Positions 11,690-24,463 of a stretch of 61,335 nt of DNA are shown here, piece by piece. Source of the stretch: Carcharhinus longimanus (lineage: Eukaryota). The stretch lies in the NCBI GenBank assembly GCA_030264375.1, contig JASCQW010000032.1, positions 60,526,314 through 60,587,648 of the forward strand, read 5' to 3'. The stretch's first letter is position 1; each line of letters opens with the position of its first letter. Made by a program: the position numbers and the translations under genes. The notes below the pieces were generated by a model. It made no database searches. It worked only from the letters and a program-made list of their open reading frames with translations, and was not told the origin of the DNA.

Positions 11690-11869
11690 GTGAAATGCAG
11701 CAGATGCTAAGAATCTGAAATGAAAACAGAAAACATTGGAAATAGTCAGCAGGTCATGCAGCATCTGGGGATATTTCTGATGAAGAGTCACCAAACTAAA
11801 ACATTACCTCAACCTCTCCCCACATATGTTGCCTGACTTGCTGATTATTTCCAGCATTTTCTGTTTTCA
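11690..11869. mobile_element. Palindromic Penelope-derived/MITE-like repeat with a decayed hammerhead core
   Basis: ~50-bp inverted arms 11721-11770 / 11818-11869, CTGATGA at 11777-11783. Half-copies at ~38605-38672, ~57935-58005, ~60205-60290. Confidence 0.7.
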
Positions 11870-12209
11870 CAAAAACAGAAACTAGCACATTAATGTAATC
11901 CCTTCCATAGAGTCCACCACTTACCCCATTGTGGATCTGAAGCACCTCAATCTAAATAGTCCAATTACAAAAGTTACTAAAACATGCAGAAATGCACATC
12001 ATTTACCTTTCCTCACATTTCCATTTTGAAATCTGATTTGCTAGAATCTCCTAAACATATTACCCAATCGCTCCATTCCTTTATGGATATGTATTCTGTA
12101 TGATGGGATGTAGCAATTCGTATTAGTGATTTGGTTAAAAGAATTAAGAGTTCCTTTATTCATGTTTACTCAAGATGATAGTTAATTAGAAAGCAAAGTG
12201 TTGTTTGTG

Positions 12210-12950
12210 CAAGAAGTTGCAATGGATCACTGTGAGACTAAGTGAATGGGCAAAACTATACAGGTGCAGTCCAATGTAGGAAAGTGTGGAAGTATTCATT
12301 CTAGTCCAAAAAAGACAGATCAGAATATCTTCTTAATGGCAACAATTAGGAACACAGATGCTTAAATCCTATGCACACCAAACATAAAAGCTAGTGCACA
12401 AGTACTAAAAGTAAAAAAAAGTTAATGGAATGTTGACCTTTATTTTAAGGAATTGGAATTCAAAAGTGGTCAGGTCCCACTGGGAGCACATCATTCAGCT
12501 TCAGGCATTGAATCTCAGGAAACATATATTGGTCTTCTTAGAGGTATAATGCATATTTACCTGAATGCCTTAGCTTAGATTTCCAGGGCAGATTGCATGA
12601 ATGTGGTTTGTATTGGAGGGTTGAGGGGTTGTAGAATGAGCTGATAAAATTGAAGTGATTCTGTAGGTCACACAGAGGAACAATATCTCTGGTGGTACAG
12701 ATGAAACAAACATGCCAAATCAAATTAGCCCTAGGACATGCAGGAGTGTAAACACACAACAGATTGCAAAAATCTGGAACTCATTTCTGCAAAATGCTAG
12801 TCAATTAAAATTTTCAAACTCTGTTAGATAAAGGTACCAAGGGGTGTGGAGCAAAGGGAAATAAATGGAGGTGCAGATGAGCCATGATCTAAATGAATGC
12901 AGAACAGGCTTGAAGGACTGGATTGTCTACTGCTGTTAGCATTTTTCTAT
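12210..12950 (+). mobile_element. Old, highly decayed CR1-type LINE
   Basis: Remnants 'ctaagtgaatgggcaaaa', 'aatggaatgttgacctttatt', 'agccatgatctaaatgaatg'. Confidence 0.7.
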
Positions 12951-13957
12951 ATTGGCCATTTCAGTCAACAGCTGTCCATCCAAGGCTCCAATTTCATTTC
13001 AATTCCTAGCTTTTGTTGAGATTCCACACGCCCTCTGTTCTGGTCGTGGTAACACTTGTGGGAAGTTGAAGGAGCGGGGGTAAGGAATTCTTATATGTAA
13101 AGTCCCTTGAGGAGAGTTTATTTTCAATATGTGACAGGGAGGGCAAGAGGAATTTGTTCTCTTATCATTCAAAGTGATGCTACACAGACTACATCAATTC
13201 CCCAGGGGCAGATAGTGCCATGGAGCAATACCTCCATGGACTTCACAGAATTCACACGTGCTATCATGAGAAAACCTGTACATGCCACACAAGTAGTGGC
13301 CTGCAGAATTATGTCAATGAGTCTTCCTCCTTGTTGGCAAAAACTAGCTTGACTAGATCTACAAGGCAAGAACAATTAACTTCTAAGTGAAAGTTGCGTA
13401 GATGGGTTTCTTTGCTTGCCTATCTACAGCAAGCACACTTTAGCAGTTTGATTGGTTGTGAAGAGCTAAATAGTACCATATAACTGAAAGTGCATATTAA
13501 TGAAGAAAACTAACACTTAAGGGTGAAAGAATCTCTTTACTATTCTTGGTACTTATACTCAAAATTCATACTATTCCACATACTGCCTGTGGGATACACA
13601 AGTGTTGTCTGTACTATGACATTAGTTGTTCTAGCTGCCTGGGATGGGGCAGTTCTAATGGCTATGTACATTCATCAACTTCATTTCAATTATAAAGGAA
13701 AGGCAGGCAGGTTACACAAAATGACAGAATTTTGAAAGCATTTTTCAGTACAAAGATAGAAATTCATTTATTATTCATTAAAGCATTTCTGAGGCTTCTT
13801 GCTGCATAAATATATATTTTTTTTTAAAAAGAACCATAAATATATTCAATCATTAAAATGGTTAAGGGCCAAATTTTATAGATAATTTTCATCTGGGAAT
13901 TTGGGAAGCACGGAGAGGTTATCATCAAATATCCATATAAAAAAAGTGTTTACCTAC

Positions 13958-14057
13958 CATTGCTAACTGGCGTCCTATATTTCCCATTGTTATTCCACCA
14001 GCAAAAAATATACAAGGTAACCAAGATCGAACATAAAGGAAATCTGGAGATGTATAT
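13958..14057 (-). CDS. INSIG2: INSIG2 fourth coding exon (100 nt): [33 protein letters not shown]
   Basis: Acceptor ttttacag|A and donor ATG|GTAGGT, with phase consistent. Peptide matches the INSIG2 TM6 region. Confidence 0.97.
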
Positions 14058-14761
14058 CTGTAAAACAAAGTGCAATAGATAAAATTTGTTTCCCAATATA
14101 CAGATATCTCATTAAGTCAAAACTTTAATATAACCTCATGTAAAATGTATTAAGCTTTCAGTGCACTAACCGATTCTGCTCTTTATGAATTACTAAATTT
14201 GAAATTGAAATCAAGTCTATAACTGATATAAACCCATATGCACAAGAGCAGCAACTTTCAACCAAGTGAATTAAACATGGGAAAGCATTTCATAATAAAC
14301 ACGGAATTCAGACTGACAGTTAAAAATATAAACATAACATTTGCATATATTGAGATACAGAATTATTATGGGCGCATCTAAACATACAGATTGCAAGAAC
14401 TTACGTGGTTTTAAAACCCAAGAAAACTATATAAACTATTTAGTGTTTGTTTAATAAATTAAGAAAATTTTCATCTAATTGTGAAGAATTACTGTACATC
14501 TGAATTAAGTAGATGCAGCAGATCCCAGATTCAGTGCATGTGATCTGCAAATTTACCTGCTTAATCCATTTACTTTCAGATTTTTGTTCATTCATCCATT
14601 TCTTTGTAATTATTGTGTTCTTTACCTATTCCTCAGTAAGACATCTTAGTGTCCTATTATGGTTCAGATTAGAAACTCCAAAGTGCTTTATGAAGCAAGC
14701 CTGAATTATAAGTTTTGCATTTTGAATTTGGCTCGGATAAGCATAATCACATCACTTCAGG

Positions 14762-15430
14762 TGTGATTCAAAAGACCCACTAGGGAACTTTTACCAAAAA
14801 AAGTTTATTTAAGAATATAGTCAACGTGTATGAAAAGAAAATTAGCAATAACTTCTAACAATTACAAACAATAACAAAGTAAACCACATATATAAGTTGT
14901 CCCATTCAAACCAACCTTCATAAACAACCCTTTAAACAGGTTCAACGCAGCATAGACTAACGCTCACGTGATACTGGGATTAAGGCTATTAGTTGAACTC
15001 TGCAGCCAAATGCATTTGAGGCTCAGAACAGTTTGAAGACAAGTCAGCTCCATAAAACACCAGAGACATTCTAGTCCAGCCCCCAATAGCAGCAGATTTT
15101 CACCCTTCAGAAAAAAGCCTTGCTTTCAGCTAACCAACAGAATTTCCAAAATAACAGTGAGGGGGGAGAAACTTCTTTTTAGCTTGCTGTCCCTTCTAAA
15201 ACTAAAACCCACCGCTCCAAACTGAAAAAACTGTCTAACAACACAGGATCGTGAAACTAATCCAGAATGTAAACAAACAACCCCATTTAAGGAGCAATGA
15301 AAGGACATTTGGTGGGAATTTGGCAGCAGAGAGATCAGATAGGGCTGTGAGCTAAGAAACCACTAAAGCTGTGAGCTTCAGAAATCATGTTTTTAAAAAA
15401 CCCTTTCTTAAAAGGTCCACTGACATCACA
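14762..15430 (-). mobile_element. Putative solo LTR
   Basis: Bounded by inverted termini TGTGAT...ATCACA with a minus-strand AATAAA near 14803. No clear TSD. Confidence 0.45.
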
Positions 15431-15688
15431 GTCCTAAAAATAAAAAAAGTTTCTTTTTTCCCTTAAGTTTTCTGCAAATCTATTTTCCGAGTTTAATCCT
15501 GGATTTTGATTTAATTTCATATTGACCCTAAAAGTTAAAAATTTGCTTCCTGGTTGTGCAGACCGAGTCTGCTTTAATCAGGTTAACGACACTGTATTTG
15601 CTTTGTTCACCAATTTATTGAGAAATTGTTTTGAATTTAAAGGACATTTCCATTTTTTTCCTCCCTCAATAACTCAATGACTTATAGG

Positions 15689-17061
15689 TTTCCTAGTATT
15701 TTGTCTGCCACTTATCTGTCCTTTTTTTCCCTTTCCCAGGAGATTGAGAGATTGTAGGGAGTCTGTAAGGAAGTTGTGAGGCTAGCTTTAAGGTTTAGCT
15801 GGTCATCTCCTGTCCATCAGTTTTGTGTAATTTGTAAAGTAATTCAGAACATAGCTTCTGGAAGAAGTTTAAAAAGTACTGTACTGTAATTTATGTTAAA
15901 GTAAAAATTTGCTGGTGGCTATTGTACAACAGCATGGGAAATGAAAGTGTTCAGGATATTTCTTGTATCTTAATTAGCAAATAAGGCACTGGTTAAAATT
16001 ATATACACTAGCCCACATTGAGAAACTAACTCTTCGCAAATGAGAGTTAAAATATGTGGTATTAAATTCACGTGACAAATGTATAACATAGATTTTGCAG
16101 TGCTATTGATAGGAAAACTCTCAGCTTTCATTGTCATTATACCACAAACTGACAGCACCTTCCTGACTCTGCTTGAGTGTTGAATAGTGTGGATTTACTC
16201 AAGTTTCTGTAAGTAGGTCTACTGTCCTCTGTAGGATGCATTGTGAAGGTTCCATCATCTGCAATTTCCATTGTTATCATGATTTGACAAAAATTTCCAA
16301 CTCTTACATATGCAATGAAGTATAACTGGGTGTTTAAATGGGACACTAACTACAAAAGTAATGGATAGGATAGAGGTGGAGAGACTCTTCCTGCTCAAAA
16401 AAGACAGTAGGATTAGGGGGCACAGCCTCAAGATAAAGGGGGGGCGGTTTAGAACGGAGTTGAGGAGGAACTTCTTCACTCAAAGGGTGGNNNNNNNNNN
16501 NNNNNNNNNNNNNNNNNNNNNNNNNNNNNNNNNNNNNNNNNNNNNNNNNNNNNNNNNNNNNNNNNNNNNNNNNNNNNNNNNNNNNNNNNNCATGATCTTA
16601 TTGAATGGCGGGGCAGGCTCGAAGGGCCAGATGGCCTACTCCTGCTCCTATTTCTTATGTTTATGTTTATGTTTAAACATGCTTAACAGACCTGGATGGG
16701 CAACTTCATCTTGTCAATTTTCCCCCCAGTGAAAGCTGTCTGGTAGATCTCACCAATAGCAAAACATTTTCCCATGTTGTTGCACAATAGTCACAAGCAA
16801 ATTTTTACTTTAATATGAATTACAGTACAGTACTTTTTAAACTTCTTCCAGAAGCAATGTTCTGAATTACTTTTTAAATTACACAAAACTGATGGACAGG
16901 AGACAACCAGCTAGATCTTAAAGCTAGCCTCAACATGACGGATAGTCCATTTTGATGAGACACTTCTTTGCGGACTCCTTACAACCATATAATCTCCCAG
17001 GAAGGAAAACAAACCAGAAAAAAACTGAGGACAGATAAATGGGGGACAAAATACTGAGAAA
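15689..17061. repeat. Long imperfect inverted repeat, arms ~15689-15943 and ~16765-17061
   Basis: 'agcttctggaagaagtttaaaaagtactgtactgtaatt' is mirrored by 'aattacagtacagtactttttaaacttcttccagaagc'. Similarity extends over more than 250 bp. Confidence 0.9.
16345..16672 (+). mobile_element. CR1-type LINE 3' end (with gap)
   Basis: 'RIRGHSLKIKGGRFRTELRRNFFTQRV' and a (ttatgt)n tail. Confidence 0.85.
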
Positions 17062-18589
17062 TTCCTTTCCACTCACCTCAGGCAATCAAAACAAGTCCAA
17101 GAGACTAAATGGAACTGTTATTCAAAAACTCAAATACTGAAAGACAGTTATGCTGTGCATATGATCAATGGAATATGCACAACTGTCCCCATCAATAAAA
17201 TTAAGTGCAATCTTTTTAGAAAGAATTCATATTTGCATTGAACCCCATATAATACCTTCCACCAAAATGTATTTGATATTCTATAGAGTTATATCAAAAT
17301 TATACAAATTTTATTTTCTGCATGCAGGACAGTTTTGTAATTTTATTATAGAAATGAGCCAGTGATGTAAAAAATTAAGCAGGATTAAATATTTCAAAAT
17401 ATGCAAACAAAATAGATTCTGCATCCATTAATTTTATACTAAGTGGTTAACTGCAATTACAGGCATCTATAAAGCAGAAAATCTCTCATGCAAGTTTTTT
17501 TGTTTGCAAAATGTGGAGACTTTAAAAAAATTTAGCATAACTTTCTACTCATTCTGCTGCCCAAGGCCAGTTTATTTCACCCTTTTTCAAATGGTCAGAA
17601 TTTTATTGAAATATGCAGCCAGAAAAGCTTTGAAGATTTACTCTTCTACGGTCAAAAAACTTCAAAGCTTCCAAATTCTCTTATTCATTATTAAATATAA
17701 TGAAGCAATTAAATTACCAGAAATACCTGCAAAGCTCCATAATAACACAGCACAAAGCTATATTATACATATGCATCTAGGGACCTGACCTTCAGTGCCA
17801 AGTTCTGGAAAGGCAACTTGAGGCAAGTTCTTTATTAAAATAAATGACACTGTTGAATTTAATTCTTGGTTCTCAATAATTTTTATAAAATCTGTTTGGC
17901 TGATCACAGTCAGTTGAAAATCAAGTGTATCATTGAGCTATGGCTTCTAGAAAAAATTAGAGAAGTAATAAAATGCAAGTGGTCACTTCATATTCTTATT
18001 GCATTCATGGTTGTAAAACCAAGGCAATAACCTTTCGATCTCAATTTATTTTCTGTTGCTAAATGCGGCCAACACAAATAATTGTTTTTAAACTGCCAAG
18101 GAAACAGCATCTCCACGGTTCAAAACATTTTGCTAAACTAAAGTCCCTTCCTTGGGTCAAACTAGAATAGACAACTGCCAACTACCCTAACTGAGGAGTC
18201 ACATTCCACTTAGTTAAAATCCAACACAGTTCACATGTTGGCAAAAAATGACTACTTCACATCTGGACATTACTTGATGTAAGGACTTCATTCCTTGCAG
18301 TCCTTCAGCAAGCTCTATGAAGAAGTTTTTACATTTCTTAGTTAATATGTTGCTTGCATTCTGATAGTTGAGGGATTTAGTAGTTTTGATGATTTTCACT
18401 AAATTGACCCTTATTGATGCTAAAAGGAAAGTCTTCAGCTTAAAAACTTAAGTACTCTTGCAACAATATTTATAACATAAGGTGAGAGGGAAAGATAGAA
18501 AAACATTTTGCTTGCATTTAGAAACAAGGCTGTGATTCTATTTGGCACTCAATGATATCATAAATCATGACACCAAAGTTTGAGGGTGT

Positions 18590-19195
18590 TTTTATTGTTT
18601 CACAGAATGTGGGTGTTGCTGGCTATGTCAGATTTTGTGCCCATTCTAAATTGTCATTGGGAAGGTGGTGATGAGCCACCTTTTTGAATTGTGTGTCCAT
18701 GTGATGTTGGTACACTCTCAGTGCTATTAAGAAAGGGAATTCCAGGATTTTGACGCAGTGACAAAGGAACAGTAATGTAGTTCCAAATCAGTATGGTGTG
18801 TTGCTTGGAGAGGAATTTGCAATTGCTGACCTTATCACGGGTTTGGAAGATGCTAGCAAAGGAGACGTGATGAGTTACTGCAATGCATCTTGTATATGGT
18901 AATCAGTGCTGCCACTGTACTTCAGTGATGGAGGGAGTGAATGCTTAAGATGTGCCATAGGGTACCATTCAAGCAGACTAACTTTTCCAGCATGATGCAG
19001 AGTTTGAGTATTGTTTGAGCTGCACTCATCCAAACAAGTGGAGAGTATTCCAACACATTCCTGACTTTTGCTTTGTGATGGTGAACAGGCTTTGGGGAGT
19101 CAGGAGATGATTTACATATTGCAGACTTCCCAGCCTCTTACCTGCTTATGTAGCCACAGTACGTAGCTGGTCGAGTTTAGTTTATGGTCAATGGT
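18590..19195 (-). mobile_element. LINE 3' fragment, same family as 1125-2720
   Basis: Shared 'gaaggtggtgatgagcc...ttccaggattttgac'. Confidence 0.75.
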
Positions 19196-19654
19196 TCCCC
19201 CACCACCAGCCCCCCTTCAAGGTTATGTTGTTGCTGCTCAGAAGAATACATTACTGCACATATTCCACTCCATCTACTGGATTCAATCATTCCAGGGAGA
19301 AGTTGGAATGTTCCAGAGAAAACAGACCTCATGATCTCTGTAAACCCAGGCTTGCATCTGCCCACTAGAGAATGGACTATGTATGCATGTTCATTACAAA
19401 TATTTTCTTAATTGCTCAAGTGTAACCTAATATGTATGGCTTATAAATTATTTGGCCTTGGACCACAACGCTAAAAATACTCTTTATATTGGTTTTAATG
19501 AAACCAATTTCATTTTTAATGAATACAATTCAGTTTTATATAATACTCAATGAGAGATAAAAGAAATATTAACCAAACATTGATACCCACAGTAAATGCG
19601 ACTTTATGAAAAGCACCAAAACTGCCCCAGTCAGATAAATCTATTTATACTTAC

Positions 19655-19821
19655 TGGTAAACACCATTGTAGACTAAAAGCTGAGTGACCAACGTAGCAA
19701 GAAATGCAATTCCTATTCCCAGTCCAAAGCCACTTCGAGATCTATCAAAAGTCCACCACAATCCAATGGAAAGTGCTGCTAATGTAAGGGAGAGCTGCAT
19801 ATTGTTGGCAAAATCCACCTT
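19655..19821 (-). CDS. INSIG2: INSIG2 third coding exon (167 nt): [55 protein letters not shown](Q)
   Basis: Acceptor tttcatag|AAG and donor CA|GTAAGT. Contains the conserved WWTFDRSR motif. Confidence 0.97.
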
Positions 19822-20642
19822 CTATGAAAGACTTGTTAAGGTTTGAGACAAAGACAGCATTTCATAGAATCACTGAATCCTTACAGTCAAAAAGTGGTTA
19901 TTCGACCCCTTGAGCCTGCACAATTCCACCCAGGCCCTATCCCTGTAACCCTACATATTTACCCTAATTCCTTTGATACTAAAGGGCAATTTATCATAGC
20001 CAATTAACCTAATCCGCATGTCTTTGGACTGTGGGAGGAAACCAGAGCACCCAGAGGAAACCCATGCAGACATGGAGAGAACATGCAAACTACACACAGA
20101 CAGTTGCCTGAGGCTGGAAGTGATCCCGGGTCTCTGACACTGAGGGGTAGCAGTGCTAACCACTGTACCACCATACTGCGCAACATTGAATTTTTTTCTC
20201 AACTATATCCAAGAAAATTTATCCTAAAGATAAAATTGTTTTGCAAGTTTATCAACTATCCTGTAACTCAAACTCCAACAAAACCATGTTTTCATCACAT
20301 GGTGAACTGTGATTTTGTAGAAGTAACGTTCTGAAGAATTTCTACACTGAAATTCACCTCATGATTAATTCTGCAGGCAATAATTTTTTGAAATTAATTC
20401 ATACTAAATTTAGTTTCTTGACACACATGGACTCGTAANNNNNNNNNNNNNNNNNNNNNNNNNNNNNNNNNNNNNNNNNNNNNNNNNNNNNNNNNNNNNN
20501 NNNNNNNNNNNNNNNNNNNNNNNNNNNNNNNNNNNNNNACACATGGACTCGTAAGAGCTTAAAAAAATCCTGCATTCTTAGCTATAAATGAACTTTAAAA
20601 AATAAAATCTATATTTTGTGGTTTGTTAAACAAAGAGGATAC
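19822..20642 (-). other. INSIG2: U12-type (minor spliceosome) GT-AG intron of INSIG2
   Basis: 5' splice site GTATCCTC, branch sequence CCTTAAC at 19841-19835 close to the 3' AG, and no long polypyrimidine tract. Confidence 0.9.
19862..20182 (-). mobile_element. HE1-like SINE inside the U12 intron
   Basis: Full head, core and tail on the minus strand. Confidence 0.88.
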
Positions 20643-20767
20643 AGCACTAGCATGGTTTATGCCAACAAAGACTGCCACACAACGCATTACACTGGACCAT
20701 TCCCTTTTGAATTTGTGTGGTTCTCCCAGATGGCTGTCAATGCATGGGTAAAGCAAACCAATCACAG
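20643..20767 (-). CDS. INSIG2: INSIG2 second coding exon (125 nt): [42 protein letters not shown]
   Basis: Acceptor ttcctgcag|CT is phase-compatible with the previous exon. Peptide is nearly identical to INSIG2. Followed by the donor GTATCCTC. Confidence 0.97.
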
Positions 20768-22054
20768 CTGCAGGAACAGAATAACAGCATTGATTAGTAA
20801 GACCTAAAATAGCATTTGTTTTGCATTTGAGGCCGTTGGGTTACTTCAGTTCAACAGCCCTGACCAAACAAAACAACAAAAAAGTTGTTTCAGCAAGCAT
20901 AAACCCAGCTAACACAATGCCATATATAAAATTTATGACAAATACATAATACTAAGTGGATAAACTCTTGAAAAAACTTTCCAGCCATTCAATTTCATAA
21001 GGTTTTTCAAGTTTAGGATTCATAAGTGTTACAAATGGACAAATATACCAAAGAAACAAATTTGCCTCCTATTATGGGCAAAGGCAGTTTTGCATTTTTT
21101 TCATGTTCATTTTTCATGTTGTTCTTTGCAATTTTGTTCCCAATTAAAATGTAACAAACCCAACATCCAATCAAGTCTCCCATTTCTCTGTTGACAATGA
21201 ACAAATGATAAATATCTGCCACATCTCTAATAGCAGCATTGGGGAAAGAAGACTGCCTGCTAATTCACTTTGTTCTTTTTCCTTCCTGTGAAAGCCCTTC
21301 ATCTCATTCAATTGCTCCATTATACCAAAAACATGAATGCTATCATCCTACAAACCAGTTATGTATTGATGGACCATTGCAGCTTTCTCAAGAGGACATT
21401 TTAAAAGCCTGTATAAAATTGTGGAGCTACTATACAACTTCCAAAATCCCCATATGTTTAGATCTTTATAACTTAGATTAAACAATAAAACAATTACAAT
21501 TTCATGTTAGAATCACAAATTTGTTCACTGCTCAAAGTTCATTAACTGCAATTTATACAAATTACTTAAAGCAGACTGTAATCTCATGTACACTGCAATT
21601 AAATCACTATCAAAAAATATTTTAAAAGTAATACTCATTGTGGCAAAATGTGGTGGTAATATGCTCAAGGAAAATTCCAACTAACTTTTTTCATTAGTTA
21701 GTGTCAATCTAATGTTGCAGCACAATAAGTTAGCTCAGTAATTTAAAATTTTCAAAATTAACCAGATGTTTTTAACATCACTATCAGTGCTTTCATATAT
21801 TTAAATTATTCAGCAAGTCACAAAGGAGTTAAGTTAAATAAATGCTGCAACTGATCCATATGACAAAAAAATGAGTTTCTGGCTTAACTGCTTCTTTTTA
21901 TTTTTGGCATTTATGTTATATCTGGAAATTTGATCAATGGCTCTCATCTTAGTGTCTTTTCTCTTTAAAAGAAATGTACATATCTTTTAGTAAGTGCAGC
22001 AGAGCAGAGATATTTGCAAAGGAAAAACTTATTTAAGTATATCCGACCCCATAA

Positions 22055-23325
22055 ACACATACAAATATGCAAAATAGGAGCAGAAGCAGACCATTCAGCC
22101 CCTTAGGACTGCTCGGTCATTCATTAAGATCATGGCTGTTCTGTTTGTTTCAAATTCCATATTCCCATCTACCCCTGATAACCTTTAATTCCCTTGCTTA
22201 ACAAGAATCTACCCACCTCCACCTAAAAAATTTTCAAAACCCCACCTTCAGAAGCAGAGTGCCCCAGAGTGACACAAGAGAAAAGAAAAATTCTCCTTGC
22301 CTCTGTTCTAAAAGGGTGACCCCTAATTTTAAAAACAGTGCCCCTTAGTTCTGGATTCACCCACAAGAGGAAACATCTTTTCCATGTCCAGCTTGTCAAG
22401 ACCATTCAGGATCTCGTGTACTTCAATTAAGTCAGTCTGCACTCAGTGCCAGAGGAAACAAGCTGTTCAACCTTCCCTCAAAGGAGGACCTATTCATTCC
22501 AGTTATCAATACAGTAAACCTCCTGTGAACTACCTCGAATGCGTTTACATCTTTCCTTAAATTGGACCGAAATCGCATGCAATATTTGAGATGTAGTCTC
22601 ACCAATGCCCTACATAACCAAAGTTCAACATCCTTACTTTTATGTTCAATTACATCTTTAGGATAGTATTCCACTGGCCTTCTTAATTACTTGTACCTGC
22701 ATAATAATCATCTGTGACTGACTTGCGAGAACACCTAGGATCCCTTTGCACCTCAGAATTCTGTAGTCATTCTCTGTTTAATATTCTTCCTGACAAAGCA
22801 AACATCACACATTATACGCCATCTGCTAGACTTTTGTCCCCTTACCCTATGTCTACCCATCTGCACCCTCCTCATCTTCATCTCATACTTTCCTACCTAC
22901 ATTTGTGTCATCTGCAAATTTAGCAACCATGCCTTTGCACCCTTGAAGTTATTGATATAAATTGTAAAAAGGTTGATGACCCCTGTGAGACTCCAATCAT
23001 TACATTTTGCCAATCAATTTATGAATGCTATTTTCTGCTAATCAATCTTTTACCATGCTAATATGTTATCCCTCTACAGCAAGAGCTTGTACTTTCTGCA
23101 GTAAGTTTTGCTGTGGCATCTTATCAAATGCCTTCTGGAAATCTAAGTATGGTACATCTACAGGCTCCCCGTTTTCCATGGTGCACGTTACTCCTTCAAA
23201 GAACTCCTATAAATTGGTTAGACACTATTTCCCTTTTGCAAAACCACACTGACTTTTCCCAATTACCTTGGGTCTTTCCAAGTGCTCAGCTATAATCTCA
23301 AATTATTGATTCTAATACTTCCCCT
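22055..23325 (-). mobile_element. CR1-type LINE fragment
   Basis: 'LCRALVRLHLKYC', 'DFQKAFDK' remnant, CR1 3' UTR. Confidence 0.85.
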
Positions 23326-24109
23326 ACGACACAAATGAAAAATATCGTTTTACTCATTTTAATGTCTTCAAACACTTGCCAAACATGGTTACCAACAGGT
23401 GTTCAAACATCATGCTGAAATAAGGCAGAAGCTTCCACTGTGCACTGTGGCATTAATCATCTCACACACACACACACATCCAGCTTCCATTGCTATTTGC
23501 AAGAAATTTTTTTAAAAAACCCATAATTAGTAAATCGAAGTTCCAATTAACTTAATTGGTTTATAAATAAGTGGAGGTCAAGGAGATTTGGACTAATCTC
23601 AACTCCATTAAGCATAACATAACAACACTAATTAAATCATACAACCATATGGACAGTGATGTCCCAATAACTAGGGCAGAGCACAATAACAAGCACAGAG
23701 CAAGAATAATTTCCTTACAGTCTTTACTCATGACCAGAACGAGTTAATAGTGTCTTATAAAGGTAGGTAAAAATGAAGACTATTCAATCTGACAAGTTTA
23801 CAATATAAAGGAAGGCTATTTATAAATAGCTACTTAAAAAAATCCTACCATCACTTTACTCTAGACCTCAAAAGATCTCTCACTTGCTGCGTCACAACAC
23901 AGGTGCTCACACATAAAAGCTTTATTTTGCCCTTAATTTTCTTTGGAATAATGATTATGAAACAATAGCTTAAACTGCTGAAATGCATGTGCTTGTACGA
24001 TAAGTTTTATTCGAGTGAAACTTATTTTCTTGCACAATCTTTGAAAACATCACTATAGGCATTTCCTAAACTCCAATATCACAAAACAGAACATGTTGTG
24101 ATCACTTAC

Positions 24110-24359
24110 CCGATGCTGTACCACAACATGGCGGAACCCACCAAGCAGAAGAGAAAATGCTGGCAATGACATCTGGAGGAAAAAGAGTAACATTTCTTTG
24201 TACCTGCAACAAGTTCAATACCAGTGCTAAGAACACACCAATGGAAAACAGGACCACGCCCCGAACAAGCAAGTTCATATTCTGATTTGTGATGGCAGAA
24301 AGGTAGGGGCCATGCCTGATCTGCACAGTTGTGGCTTTGCTTTTTTCCTCCTCCGCCAT
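24110..24359 (-). CDS. INSIG2: INSIG2 first coding exon (83 codons + 1 nt): MAEEEKSK...[67 protein letters not shown]
   Basis: Translation closely matches the vertebrate INSIG2 N-terminus (short N-terminus, [23 protein letters not shown]). Ends at donor G|GTAAGT (24109-24104). Confidence 0.97.
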
Positions 24360-24463
24360 AGAGATAAGGGTATTTAAGTATCTGTCTTCTCAGTCGTTGG
24401 CTGTTATCAGTGGAGCTCCATTTAGCTGGATCGACGTTCACCATTTAATACATTGTGTGCAAC
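24360..24463 (-). other. INSIG2: 5' UTR part of the first coding exon of INSIG2
   Basis: Acceptor ttccttgtag|G at 24463, with an alternative tctttcag| at 24473. Confidence 0.6.

Noticed and set aside
24110-24359. Assignment as INSIG1
   Set aside because: The short N-terminus, [20 protein letters not shown] and YECKVI tail are INSIG2-diagnostic.
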